From Spirochaetota bacterium (GTDB lineage: Bacteria > Spirochaetota > UBA4802 > UBA5550), in contig CAXXHB010000003.1 of the NCBI GenBank assembly GCA_963664815.2, forward strand, positions 384,001-448,000: 64,000 nt of DNA. Direction: 5' to 3'. Below the pieces are notes generated by a model. That model was not told the DNA's origin, searched no databases, and worked only from the letters and a program-made list of their open reading frames with translations. A program made the translations under genes and the position numbers. This document shows positions 28,214 to 38,484 of the stretch, one piece after another. Each line of letters starts with the position of its first letter. Positions within the stretch are counted from its first letter, which is position 1.

Positions 28214-29452
28214 TTACATCTTTTCCAGTATATGTATACACATGGAGGCCTCTTCAACTCCGATATTGCCGCCGCCGTTTTCTGCAAGACCAATTCTGGC
28301 ACCTGCGACCTGTCGTGGACCTGCGTCACCCCGTAGCTGCAGAACTAATTCATGGATCTGGGCAAGGCCTGATGCCCCTATGGGATGCCCTCTGCATTCC
28401 AGTCCGCCGCTTGTGTTTACAGGTTTTTTCCCTCCGAGTGTGGTTGCACCTGATTCTGCATATGGGCCGCCTTCGCCGGTTTTGCAGAATCCCATTGATT
28501 CGCACTGGTGTAGTTCACCCCAGCTGGTGGCGTCATGCAGCTCGGCAAAATCTATATCATCCGGCCCGAGTCCGGCCGTTTCATATGCCTGTTTAGAAAG
28601 TCTTTCGCCAATATCAGGTGCATCAAGGGGACGGTTCTCACCCTGTCCGAGTACCGAAGCGCGTATTTTTACAGGGCGTGCTCCGATAAGTTTTTTAAGA
28701 AACCTGTCCGAACAGATAATTACAGCTGCTGCACCATCTCCAAGAGGTGCACACATAGCACGGGTGAGAGGCCATGCGATTTTTTTATCAGCAAGAACCT
28801 CTTCAACAGACATTTTCTGCTGATACTGTGAGTATGGATTAAGAGAACCATGCAGGTGGTTTTTTGAACAGATTACAGCAAGTTGTTTCTGTGTCGATCC
28901 GAAACGGTCCATATGCCAGCGGGCACCCATGGCATATGCATCCATAAAAATGCTTCGGCCTTCCCCGGGCCTGGAGCCGTCGTCAGGGATTGATACTTTC
29001 AATGTTTTTCCGATTTCTTCCATCATTTTTAACTGATTTAACATATTCCCGACATCCATACAGGATGCGTAGGCTCCCATGGCCACGTTTTTATCAGGGT
29101 GTGATATTTTTTCCGATCCGACTGCTATTGCAGCTTCATACATTCCGGCACGTATTCCAGTGTATGCAAGATGAAGTGCTGTTGAGGCTCCGGCACAGGC
29201 ATTTTCAACATTTGTTACAGGTATTTTATCAATTCCCATTCCCCGGAACACAACCTGACCCCGTATGGAATGCTGCCGCTCATACATCCCCCAGAAAGTA
29301 TTGGAAAAAAATCCCGCCTGAATGTCTTTTTTTGTAAGGTTAGCATCTGCAAGAGCCAGATCAATTACCTTTTCCGCCATTGATTTTACAGTATCATCAG
29401 GATATTTATTAAAGCGTATCATTCCTGATCCGATGATGTATACATCATTCAT
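28214..29452 (-). CDS. SCP2-type thiolase (acetyl-CoA acyltransferase)
   Basis: VENACAGAST, ELHDAT, GHPIGASG, ENGGG. Confidence 0.9.
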   Translation of the reverse strand: MNDVYIIGSGMIRFNKYPDDTVKSMAEKVIDLALADANLTKKDIQAGFFSNTFWGMYERQHSIRGQVVFRGMGIDKIPVTNVENACAGASTALHLAYTGIRAGMYEAAIAVGSEKISHPDKNVAMGAYASCMDVGNMLNQLKMMEEIGKTLKVSIPDDGSRPGEGRSIFMDAYAMGARWHMDRFGSTQKQLAVICSKNHLHGSLNPYSQYQQKMSVEEVLADKKIAWPLTRAMCAPLGDGAAAVIICSDRFLKKLIGARPVKIRASVLGQGENRPLDAPDIGERLSKQAYETAGLGPDDIDFAELHDATSWGELHQCESMGFCKTGEGGPYAESGATTLGGKKPVNTSGGLECRGHPIGASGLAQIHELVLQLRGDAGPRQVAGARIGLAENGGGNIGVEEASMCIHILEKM

Positions 29453-29488
29453 TATTAAACCCTCCGATTATAAATAATTTAAAATACA

Positions 29489-31948
29489 TTATTCTATCCA
29501 ATCCACCTGAGGGAATTCCCTCTCGACAGGTTTGTCTATCTGCACTGCAGGATACCCTATAACAATTGATGTTGCCACAAGATCGTATGGCCATTTAATA
29601 CCCAGTTTTTTCCTGAGTTTTTTGCTCATATTTACCGGTTCTGTCCCGAATCCGGCATAACAGGTTCCAAGACCAAGAGAATGTGCCGCGAGTACCATGT
29701 TCTGGCAGCACATGCCGGTGCTGAATACAGGTGTTGATATACCCATGTGATGCACAAGGACATAGATTACTGTTGTCGCACCGAAAAATATATCCATTTG
29801 CTTTTCACCGAACTGTGGTGTAAGTAGCGCCTGTATAGCCACCATCGGCCGCTGGTCAATACCGTCCGGACGCAGAAAAGCCGCGCTGTTTTTCACCAGT
29901 TTCCGAAACGGACCTCTGCCCTGGTAAATGCGGGTAACCATTCCGAGAGTCCTTGTGCAATCTCTGCTCAATTCATCAAGGAGTGCACGATCCCTTATAA
30001 CAATAAATTTCCATGGTTGTGAATTTCCTGCCGAAGGTGAAAAGCGCCCTGCCTCAAGTATACGGTGGACTAACTCCCGGGGGACTGCTTCATCTGTAAA
30101 GACACGGTTGGATCTTCGGCGGTAAATAATACGCTCTGTAGAGGTAATTTTATTTTCAATAACTGCGAAAGCTGGAGGATTCTCCTGCATGAATGGGTTT
30201 GGATATCCCTTTCCTTTTTCAGGTATACCAAGTGCGGTATTTGACCAGCGGCCTTTTTCAATCCTGTAGTAATTCGGAAATGTAAGAGCATCTTGTGGAC
30301 ATATTGCCTCGCAGTTGTGGCATGCAAGGCACACTTTTCCGAAATATTCAGATCTGCTGCCGGTAAATTCAGATTTATAATTGCCGCAGGAGATGCATCT
30401 TCCAGATTCGCTTGATACCTGGTCGGGCGTAAGACTTCCGTCAACAGGGTTGCTTATGCTTTTAAGGCGCTCAACAAAGCCCGGTCTTACTGCACAATTT
30501 CGTTCAGTATTTTTATAGCCGTATAGAGGTACATTACGGAAAGATATTTCCTTTTTTAAAGGAACTGAATATTTTTTTCCGGAAAGATAAGCGTTTATGG
30601 AAAACGCGGCATTTTTACCGGCACCTATTGCGGCTGTTACTGTCGCGGACCCGTTTAAAACATCACCACCTGCGAATACTCCGGCATGTTTAGTCATCCA
30701 TGTGTCATCTGCAATAAGACGGCCATTTTCAAAAATCTCTTCAAAGCCGCTGGGTTCCACCTCCTGACCTATGGCATAAACAGCCAGATCTGCCTCCATG
30801 TCGAATTCTCCACCTTCAGCCGGCAAAGGGCGGCTTCTGCCGGAATCATCCTCTTCATATAAACGCATCCGCGTGCATTTTATTTTTAATGGGCCGTTTC
30901 CGGTATGGGTGATGTTAAGCGGCGCCGAGAGAAATTCAATTTTTACACCTTCCTCAAGTGCATCGCTGATATCTTTATCGAATGCAGGCATCTCTTTTCT
31001 TGAGCGCCGGTAAAGGATTGTAGCTTCAGCACCGCACCTTCTTGCCGTTCGCGCTACATCTATGGCGGTGTTTCCGCCTCCGATTACTATTACATTCCGC
31101 GCATCCGGCATCTCCTCTCCTTCACGGATATTCCTTAAAAAATCGAGTCCGGACAGAACCCGGCCGAATATTGGGAAATCAGTTTTTTTACTATTTGCGG
31201 TTCCGATAGCCAAATAGACTGCATTATAGTCTGACATGAGCGTTTTTAATGATATATCACTTCCTGCTTTAACCCCGAGTTTCAGTGTAACACCCATGTC
31301 TGTTATACGCTGATATTCGCCGTCAATCAGATCAGAAGAGAGCCGAAATGCAGGTATAGCATATCTGAGCATTCCCCCGGGTTTCAGATCAGCCTCATAA
31401 ACAGTAACATCGTGGCCCATCCGTGTAAGCTGATAAGCGCAGGACATGCCAGATGGCCCGGAGCCCACAATGGCAATTTGTTTTCCGCTTTTTTTCTCAG
31501 GTTTAATGAAGGATTTTTTTTCTTTGATTCCCCACTCTCCGATGAAACGTTCAATCTCATTAATATTAACAGATTCATCAAGGTTTTGACGGTTGCATCC
31601 CCCCTCGCAGGGGTGAGGACATACCATTCCTGTAATGGCCGGGAACGGGTTAGCATCCGTGATTATATCCCACACCTCTTCATATGTTCCTCCATCAGCC
31701 AGCACCTTCATATACTTTCTCACATCCACCCCTGATGGACAATTATGCTGGCAGGCCGGCTCCTGGTTGCCGGAGTATGCCCGGGATACAAGTGAAAGTG
31801 TCTGGCACGGGCATTGCTGAACACAAAGCCCGCATCCGATACATTTTTCATCATCAAGAATAATACTGAAAGGTGTTTTGACTACCGGCGGATCGCTTAA
31901 TATTCTGAATTTCTGAGTAAAACTTCCGTTCATAAAGTTATTCTCCAT
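29489..31948 (-). CDS. Fusion: 4Fe-4S ferredoxin / GltD-NfnB-like FAD-NAD(P) oxidoreductase / nitroreductase
   Basis: CIGCGLCVQQCP; PACQHNCP..VCPHPCEGGC, GSGPSG, GGGNTAID; RCISCG; CLACHNCEAICP; RRSNR..APSAGNSQPW..LAAHSLGLGTC. Confidence 0.85.
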   Translation of the reverse strand: MENNFMNGSFTQKFRILSDPPVVKTPFSIILDDEKCIGCGLCVQQCPCQTLSLVSRAYSGNQEPACQHNCPSGVDVRKYMKVLADGGTYEEVWDIITDANPFPAITGMVCPHPCEGGCNRQNLDESVNINEIERFIGEWGIKEKKSFIKPEKKSGKQIAIVGSGPSGMSCAYQLTRMGHDVTVYEADLKPGGMLRYAIPAFRLSSDLIDGEYQRITDMGVTLKLGVKAGSDISLKTLMSDYNAVYLAIGTANSKKTDFPIFGRVLSGLDFLRNIREGEEMPDARNVIVIGGGNTAIDVARTARRCGAEATILYRRSRKEMPAFDKDISDALEEGVKIEFLSAPLNITHTGNGPLKIKCTRMRLYEEDDSGRSRPLPAEGGEFDMEADLAVYAIGQEVEPSGFEEIFENGRLIADDTWMTKHAGVFAGGDVLNGSATVTAAIGAGKNAAFSINAYLSGKKYSVPLKKEISFRNVPLYGYKNTERNCAVRPGFVERLKSISNPVDGSLTPDQVSSESGRCISCGNYKSEFTGSRSEYFGKVCLACHNCEAICPQDALTFPNYYRIEKGRWSNTALGIPEKGKGYPNPFMQENPPAFAVIENKITSTERIIYRRRSNRVFTDEAVPRELVHRILEAGRFSPSAGNSQPWKFIVIRDRALLDELSRDCTRTLGMVTRIYQGRGPFRKLVKNSAAFLRPDGIDQRPMVAIQALLTPQFGEKQMDIFFGATTVIYVLVHHMGISTPVFSTGMCCQNMVLAAHSLGLGTCYAGFGTEPVNMSKKLRKKLGIKWPYDLVATSIVIGYPAVQIDKPVEREFPQVDWIE

Positions 31949-32119
31949 ACAAATATTCGTAAAATGCTGCGTATTCTTTAAATTTTATAACATTTACCGT
32001 AATGGGTTAAAGCTGTTACATAACCTGTGCTCAGGATAATTTCCGTAACGGTTTTCGGAATTCTTTAATGATCTGAATATTGCGCATAATTCCCCCTCCC
32101 TCCGGGTTTAACAGTCCAG

Positions 32120-33256
32120 TCATTTCAAGCTGATCTCATCAACGAGATCGAGTTTTTTGATGGGAACTGATCCAAGAAGCGCCTGTACCTGTCTGGCATC
32201 ACGATAACGTTTTTCCTGCCCGAAGTCTTTCATGTAACCATAACCGCCAAGTATCTGTACGCCATCAGTAACTACCTCGCAAGCCATCTCATGGACAATA
32301 AGTGCAGTGGATATGCTGTATATGCCCCAGTCATGGATTTTTGCCTCAATCCCCTGACAGGTTTCTGCCACACACATATCAGCAGCCTTGCTCCGGATTA
32401 CCATGTTGCCAAGGATCATCTTTACCTCGCTCCAGTTGATAATCGTCCTGCCCCCCTGTTCCCTTTCCATGGTATAATTGACAGCTTCATTGAGCGAACC
32501 CTTCATGATACCGGCCGAGATAGCGGCCGTAGCTACATGCATAGTTCTGGACATCATATCAAAATACTTTTTGCCATCACCTTCATTGCCGATAATTTCA
32601 GCCTTTGATTCATCCAGTGTAATATCAATAATGGGACACGCATGGAGTCCGAGACTGACGATGGGGTCACTTTTTATAATGCTGATGTCAGTAAGATCAA
32701 CCAGGAAGAAAGAATATCCGGGTTTACCGGCCGATTTCGCAGGAATAATAGCCCATTTGGAGAAATTGCCCAGCACAAGATAATCAAGCTTACCCGTGAT
32801 CTTATATTTATTACCTGACAATGTTGCCTGAGGCAGACTGGCTGCCTGGCCGGGATTGAAAAATGAAGGGAAGGCGATGAGATAATCACGTGCAGTATTT
32901 GCATTAAGGAATAGCTTTTCGGCTATTTTGTCATCGCCGGCTTCAAGAATGATCTCCTGTGACAGTGAGCTTGTTAAGATAATAAGCGAGTAGGACGCGT
33001 CAACTTCAGCAACGTGTCCGACCATCATACACAGAGCGCTGATTCCCAGTCCAATGCCGCCGTACTTCTCCGGTAACATGATGCCAAGAAATCCAAGGTC
33101 GTATATTTTATGAAAGGCGTTTTCGATAACATCGTCAGTCAGCCTGCCGAAAGGATACCGGTCGTGTTCTCCCACATTCGGTTTAAGTTCTTTTCTGGAA
33201 AACGACGTTATCAGCTCTTCAAATGGCTTCAGGTCTTTATTCAATGCGGTAATCAT
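32120..33256 (-). CDS. Acyl-CoA dehydrogenase family protein (probable non-catalytic subunit)
   Basis: PEKYGGIG, REQGGR, VQILGGYGYMKDF..EKRYRDA; start moved to ATG 33256 (GGAGG RBS); no YEG motif. Confidence 0.85.
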   Translation of the reverse strand: MITALNKDLKPFEELITSFSRKELKPNVGEHDRYPFGRLTDDVIENAFHKIYDLGFLGIMLPEKYGGIGLGISALCMMVGHVAEVDASYSLIILTSSLSQEIILEAGDDKIAEKLFLNANTARDYLIAFPSFFNPGQAASLPQATLSGNKYKITGKLDYLVLGNFSKWAIIPAKSAGKPGYSFFLVDLTDISIIKSDPIVSLGLHACPIIDITLDESKAEIIGNEGDGKKYFDMMSRTMHVATAAISAGIMKGSLNEAVNYTMEREQGGRTIINWSEVKMILGNMVIRSKAADMCVAETCQGIEAKIHDWGIYSISTALIVHEMACEVVTDGVQILGGYGYMKDFGQEKRYRDARQVQALLGSVPIKKLDLVDEISLK

Positions 33257-33269
33257 GGTTTTAGCCTCC

Positions 33270-34775
33270 TTATTCTTTAAATAACCCTGCATGCGGACAT
33301 GCAGGAGCGGCAATGAGACTCTTGAATACATTAAGCCGGTTAAGCTGATTGGTGCCTTCATAGATCTGGAGAAGCTTGGCATCGCGCAGAATCTTCTCAA
33401 TGTACCGGTCACTTCTCATTCCCGCTGCGCCCATAAGTTCAATGGCAATCTGACAATTTTTTACACCAATATCCGTTCCTGTAAACTTGGCCATGGATGC
33501 GACTCCAGTACAAAGATGCTGGTCCTCCCGATTTTGCAAATCAAGGTAATATTTGCTCATAAGCCAGATACTGAATGAGGTGGAAAGAAGCGGAGACATA
33601 GCTTTAAAAAAGATCTTCGGAAAATGTTTTAAGAAGTAATAAACAGGTTTCATCTGAAGCAGGTTCAGCATCCCGCGGTGAGAATTTGCTGTAACAGAAT
33701 CGATCCATGCAAGCCTGCCGATCCTGGCGTTCGTGTACATTTCAGCAAGCCTGCACTGAACCCACTCATAGTCAACCATGGGAATGCCGTTCAGTTCAGT
33801 TTCAATGCAGTGCTTAAGAGCAACTTCGTAGGCACCACGGGCGGCACCTGTACCGAATGTGCTGACACCGGGTCGTGACCCGCACCAGAAATAGTCGAGA
33901 TGTCGCATGATTATATCGCGGGCAGGCTGTTTTGTAAATTTGCGCAATTTATCCGGATCAAACACAACCAGTTCATCCGGGACAAAACAATCATCGAATA
34001 TGACCTCACTGGCCGGACAGATGCGCTGGCCCATCTTGTTCTCGTGAGAACCAAACGATAATCCCTTCATCCCATCCCTGACCATCATGACAACCATGGA
34101 ATCACCGGCCCTTTTCAGATCGGAAAAGGAGTAAACGATGGTCCACTTTGAAACGTGTCCGTTAGAGATGAAAACTTTCGTCCCGTTTAGAATATATCCT
34201 CCTTTGACTTTTTTTGCATAACAGGACATTTTTCCTTTATCCATAAGATCGACTTCCTCTATGTCGGTTCCTGCTCCGGGTTCGGTGAGTGATAGAGATA
34301 CGAGGCAGGGATCGCCTGACTTTTCTCCATGCAGCACTTCGTTAATTACCTTTTTTATTACCCTGGTGTTACAGCCCATCAGGAGACATATAAAACCGAG
34401 ATAATGAACGCCGATAACATTTGCTATGCCGACATCGACTGATGCGATCTCCTCCAGGAAATAGTAGATGGATGTAATACTGAAACCTTTGCCTCCGAAG
34501 AGTCTGGGTATCCACATGGTGTAAAGACCCCATTCGTTGGCTTTTTTAACAAGTTCCCACGGAAAATAATCCGGATCTTCAAAGGTTTTGCGGTCGAGTT
34601 CGAGAGACATCGGCCTGACTACCTCTTCATTAAACTTACGGGCAAAGGCAATTACTTTATGAGTCTCCTTAATCATGGCCCTGGGCATGCGCGGGGCATA
34701 GTTAAGAGCAAGAGAAATATCATTGAAGTCCGGAAAACCTGATACGAATGAATTAATCTGTGAATGCTTAATCAT
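33270..34775 (-). CDS. Acyl-CoA dehydrogenase
   Basis: LTEPGAGTD, LNGTKVFISNG, KMGQR, EKILRDAKLLQIYEGTNQ. Confidence 0.9.
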   Translation of the reverse strand: MIKHSQINSFVSGFPDFNDISLALNYAPRMPRAMIKETHKVIAFARKFNEEVVRPMSLELDRKTFEDPDYFPWELVKKANEWGLYTMWIPRLFGGKGFSITSIYYFLEEIASVDVGIANVIGVHYLGFICLLMGCNTRVIKKVINEVLHGEKSGDPCLVSLSLTEPGAGTDIEEVDLMDKGKMSCYAKKVKGGYILNGTKVFISNGHVSKWTIVYSFSDLKRAGDSMVVMMVRDGMKGLSFGSHENKMGQRICPASEVIFDDCFVPDELVVFDPDKLRKFTKQPARDIIMRHLDYFWCGSRPGVSTFGTGAARGAYEVALKHCIETELNGIPMVDYEWVQCRLAEMYTNARIGRLAWIDSVTANSHRGMLNLLQMKPVYYFLKHFPKIFFKAMSPLLSTSFSIWLMSKYYLDLQNREDQHLCTGVASMAKFTGTDIGVKNCQIAIELMGAAGMRSDRYIEKILRDAKLLQIYEGTNQLNRLNVFKSLIAAPACPHAGLFKE

Positions 34776-34860
34776 GGAATACCCCTTTAATTATATAATG
34801 GTATTGATAAAAAATTCCCACCGGCTGTTTTCAATAGCCGTGAAAATTATGCTTAGTTGA

Positions 34861-36204
34861 TCAGCTCTTATTGCTTCTGCGCCATAATTTAAGATTTTCC
34901 GCTTCCCTGAATAACTGCTCCCTGAAGTCCGGATGCGAAATGCTGATGATCCGTTCTGCTCTTTCCCATATTGTTGCACCCTTGAGTGTAACCATGCCAT
35001 ACTCCGTTACTACTTTATGCACACTTGATCTCGGATCAGTTACTCCTGTTCCTGAATTGAGGGCCGATACTATTCTTGAACCGATTGTTCCGTCTTTCTT
35101 TTTGTAAGTTGCCGGACATGCTATTATTGATTGTCCGTTTTTAGACCGGTATGCGCCAAAGACAAAATCAAGCTGGCCTCCTGTACCTGAAATCTGTCTT
35201 GTACCCATTGTTTCCGAGTTTATCTGACCGGTGATATCCATTTCCAGGCAGCCGTTTATGGAAACCACGTTGTCGTTCAGTCCGATAATGTGCGGATCAT
35301 TGGTGTAATCTACCGGACAGGAATGTGCATCGGTACAGGTGTAAATGAAATCTACAAAAGCACGGGTACCGACTCCCAGGCAGTATGTCATTTTACCTTT
35401 ATCGATCTGTTTCTTTTTTCCTGTCACAAGACCTGCCTGGTAGAGTTTCATAATGCTGTCAGTCAGCATTTCGGTGTGGACTCCAAGATCTTTCAAATCA
35501 GACTTTGCAAGGAGGGATGTGACTGCAAATGGTGTATTGCCGTAACCGATCTGCAGACAGGCTCCGTCACCAATAGCGCTGTATATATGACCTGCTATTT
35601 TCTCATCAATTTCTGTAGGTACCGGATCCGGAAGTTCGCCGAAAGCAGGATTTTCTCCCTCTACAATATAATCCACTTCTGAAATATGAATTTTACAGTC
35701 AGGATGAGCACTTGCAACCGGCCTCATGTTTGTATTAATTTCGGCAACAAATACTCTGGAACCATCTACCAGTCCCTTCCCATAGGCCGGGCAGTTTCCG
35801 AAATGAAAGTAACCTTCATTGTCCATCGGAGATACCATCCGTGAGCCCACATCTACCCGCAGATCTCCCTTGCGGTACATCAGCGGGTATTCATAGAACA
35901 GAGCAGGATGCGGGTTCATGTTTTCATGTTTTATCATTATTCTCTCAATCGGTCCTACAAATATAGGGGTGCTTATAAATGAACGGCATTCAGAATCAGC
36001 CTGTACATACTTCCACACTCCGACCCTTTGCATGCACCTGACCTTGACATCGCTCAATTCATTAACACGTCTGGCAAGCTCCCTGTCCATTAACTCTCCG
36101 CAGGCATTGTAACCATAAAGATCTACTGTGTCGCCGGACTTAACCAGATTTCCCGCCTGTTCCGGAGTGATTAGTTTGCTTTGATATTCATGTTGATGCT
36201 GCAT
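34861..36204 (-). CDS. Acetyl-CoA hydrolase/transferase (4-hydroxybutyrate/butyryl-CoA:acetate CoA-transferase family)
   Basis: DGACLQIGYG..P, DLGVHTEM, ISGTGGQLDF, VVTEYG, ISHPDFRE. Confidence 0.88.
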   Translation of the reverse strand: MQHQHEYQSKLITPEQAGNLVKSGDTVDLYGYNACGELMDRELARRVNELSDVKVRCMQRVGVWKYVQADSECRSFISTPIFVGPIERIMIKHENMNPHPALFYEYPLMYRKGDLRVDVGSRMVSPMDNEGYFHFGNCPAYGKGLVDGSRVFVAEINTNMRPVASAHPDCKIHISEVDYIVEGENPAFGELPDPVPTEIDEKIAGHIYSAIGDGACLQIGYGNTPFAVTSLLAKSDLKDLGVHTEMLTDSIMKLYQAGLVTGKKKQIDKGKMTYCLGVGTRAFVDFIYTCTDAHSCPVDYTNDPHIIGLNDNVVSINGCLEMDITGQINSETMGTRQISGTGGQLDFVFGAYRSKNGQSIIACPATYKKKDGTIGSRIVSALNSGTGVTDPRSSVHKVVTEYGMVTLKGATIWERAERIISISHPDFREQLFREAENLKLWRRSNKS

Positions 36205-36226
36205 TTTCGTTGCTCCTTTTAATTAT

Positions 36227-37015
36227 TTATATTTGTTTTATAATTTGCATTTCAGCCTTTTTACGCATAACATAACTCAAAATAGAAAAAGGAATAATGC
36301 CATATCTCATGTTCATCAGCAGCTTGTTTAACGGACGGTCCATCAGCCAGTGAACACGGGTACTGCATGCAGCTTTTAATACTGTTTTTGCGACATCCTC
36401 CGCGGTTATTGAAACTCTAACATTATCAATAAGTCCATGCGGGTTCTGTTGCACCATTGGTGTACTGACAAAATTCGGCATAATATCACAAACGTGTATG
36501 CCGTATCGCTGCCATTCCATATTTAATGCCTCCGTGAATCCTCTCACCCAGAACTTTGATGCAGAATATGCTGTCAGAGCGGGTGCAGCAATTATAGAAG
36601 AGGCAGATGCCATATTAATCACATGCGATTCTCTGGTATTCTTCAGATAGGGAAATGCATGATACGCACAGTTGAGAACACCCTTATTGTTTATATTGAG
36701 AATTGCATGCTGATCTTTCAGAGAAATATCTTCAAAATTATTAATTCGAAGTACACCCGCGTTATTGAATAATACATCAAATTTGCCGCCGGCTGCGGCG
36801 TTAAAATCAGATAATACGGAGGCAACCATCTTTTCATCTGTAACATCCAGATGTGCAGAAAAACCGGTTTTTCCCTTTAAATGCCTTTTAAGCAGATGCA
36901 GACCCCTTTTATTCACATCGGAGATTCCGACAAACCATCCTTTATCAGCAAACAGGATTGCCACCTCCCTGCCTATTCCGGCTGCGGCCCCGGTAATAAA
37001 TATGCTTTTCTTCAA
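36227..37015 (-). CDS. Short-chain dehydrogenase/reductase
   Basis: TGAAAGIG, NNAG, YSASK. Confidence 0.9.
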   Translation of the reverse strand: MKKSIFITGAAAGIGREVAILFADKGWFVGISDVNKRGLHLLKRHLKGKTGFSAHLDVTDEKMVASVLSDFNAAAGGKFDVLFNNAGVLRINNFEDISLKDQHAILNINNKGVLNCAYHAFPYLKNTRESHVINMASASSIIAAPALTAYSASKFWVRGFTEALNMEWQRYGIHVCDIMPNFVSTPMVQQNPHGLIDNVRVSITAEDVAKTVLKAACSTRVHWLMDRPLNKLLMNMRYGIIPFSILSYVMRKKAEMQIIKQI

Positions 37016-37110
37016 ATTTATGCCTCTCTCTTTAATTGTTACCTGCTTCTGTATGCAGGAATAAAAATATCATCTTCAGAAATTCCGCTTAAAGATTTTA
37101 TAACATTTAA

Positions 37111-37190
37111 ATATTATGTAACTCATCTGTGTTAAACAGTCTTCTACTGGGTTAAGATAGATCGAACAATATAAATCTGGTTAATCTTTA
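37111..37190. repeat. Copy 1 of an ~80-bp duplicated upstream element (SDR promoter region)
   Basis: ATATTATGTAACTCATCT..CAGTCTTCTACTGG.TTAAGATA..GAA.AATATAAAT..GGTTAAT, repeated at 38320-38399. Confidence 0.8.
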
Positions 37191-37309
37191 TTGAGCAGCA
37201 GCTTCAAATGCAGAAAATATTTATGGAGAGAAGAAGGTAATTGATGGATATCATTCAAAATATTATTTAAGTAAATAATAAACAACGGGGAAGTTAAACA
37301 AAAAATCTG

Positions 37310-38185
37310 TTATTTTTGTAAGTTTAAATGCTGCTTGTTATTCTCAAGTAAGCGGATCATTTTATGGATATATTTATCACTGTCTATGATGCGATCTGTA
37401 GCCATGCTGAAAATTCCCCTGAACATTGATATGGGAGCCCATCGCTTTGGTGAGATGATGCGGGCTCTGCGGGATTCAACGCCGGCCACTACTGCGGCTG
37501 CTATAACATCGGGTTTAACCGGTTTTCTTAAATGGCCGGGAAATCCATGTTTGAGTAGATCTGTTGCTATAATGTTGCCTCCAAAAACAACTTCAGCAAT
37601 CGGAGTATCAACCCATCCCGGGAAAAGCACTCCTGCTGTAGCTCCTGTGCCCGCAAGCTCTGCACGTAACGTTCTGCCAAGCATTTCCACTGCCGCTTTT
37701 GAAGCTGCATAAGGTGCATTTATCATGCCGTTACAGAAAGCATAGATGGACGATGTTATCAATATATGACCTTTGGATTCAATGATGTGAGGGAGGCAAG
37801 CCTTGATGGTGTACCATACACCGAACAGATCAACATTGATAACCTTTTCGAACTCGTCGCAGCTGATTGTCAGAAGCGTCGTGGGATTGTTTGAGGTACT
37901 TGCGGAAATCCCCGCGTTTGCAAATGCCATGTCAAGTTTTCCAAATTTGCTGATAGCTTTATTCACCACTGATTCTGTCTCCGGCATACTGGTGACATCC
38001 ATTACAATTGGTAATACCCGCTCATTTTTCATTGAGAATGATATGCTGTCAAGTGCATCTTGATTCAGGTCAGTCAGAATAAGATTCGCACCATGAGCGT
38101 AAAATGCATCCGCAACTGCTTTACCAATTCCGCCAGATGCGCCGGTAATCAGTACTGTTTTTCCTTTCAGATTGAATGATGTCAT
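37310..38185 (-). CDS. Short-chain dehydrogenase/reductase
   Basis: TGASGGIG, ANAG, YAASK, PGWVDT. Confidence 0.9.
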   Translation of the reverse strand: MTSFNLKGKTVLITGASGGIGKAVADAFYAHGANLILTDLNQDALDSISFSMKNERVLPIVMDVTSMPETESVVNKAISKFGKLDMAFANAGISASTSNNPTTLLTISCDEFEKVINVDLFGVWYTIKACLPHIIESKGHILITSSIYAFCNGMINAPYAASKAAVEMLGRTLRAELAGTGATAGVLFPGWVDTPIAEVVFGGNIIATDLLKHGFPGHLRKPVKPDVIAAAVVAGVESRRARIISPKRWAPISMFRGIFSMATDRIIDSDKYIHKMIRLLENNKQHLNLQK

Positions 38186-38319
38186 AATTTTTATTCTCCA
38201 TTGATTCTATAGCTAAAACCGCTTTTTTCAACATACTGCATAAAAATAACACGGCATATATTGTGCCGGTGCTAATATCTGTTTTATTACATTTTCTGGT
38301 TAAAATATTTTACCTGTTT

Positions 38320-38399
38320 ATATTATGTAACTCATCTCTATGATGCAGTCTTCTACTGGATTAAGATAAGCTGAATAATATAAATACGGTTAATTTTTT
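38320..38399. repeat. Copy 2 of the ~80-bp duplicated upstream element
   Basis: Collinear with 37111-37190; lies between the SDR gene and the divergent AraC regulator. Confidence 0.8.
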
Positions 38400-38484
38400 A
38401 TCAACTGCTCTGTCAAAACAGGGATATCAATAAATTAAAAATTTAATTGATTTTAATTTTAAATGATGAAAAATTATAAGCATC

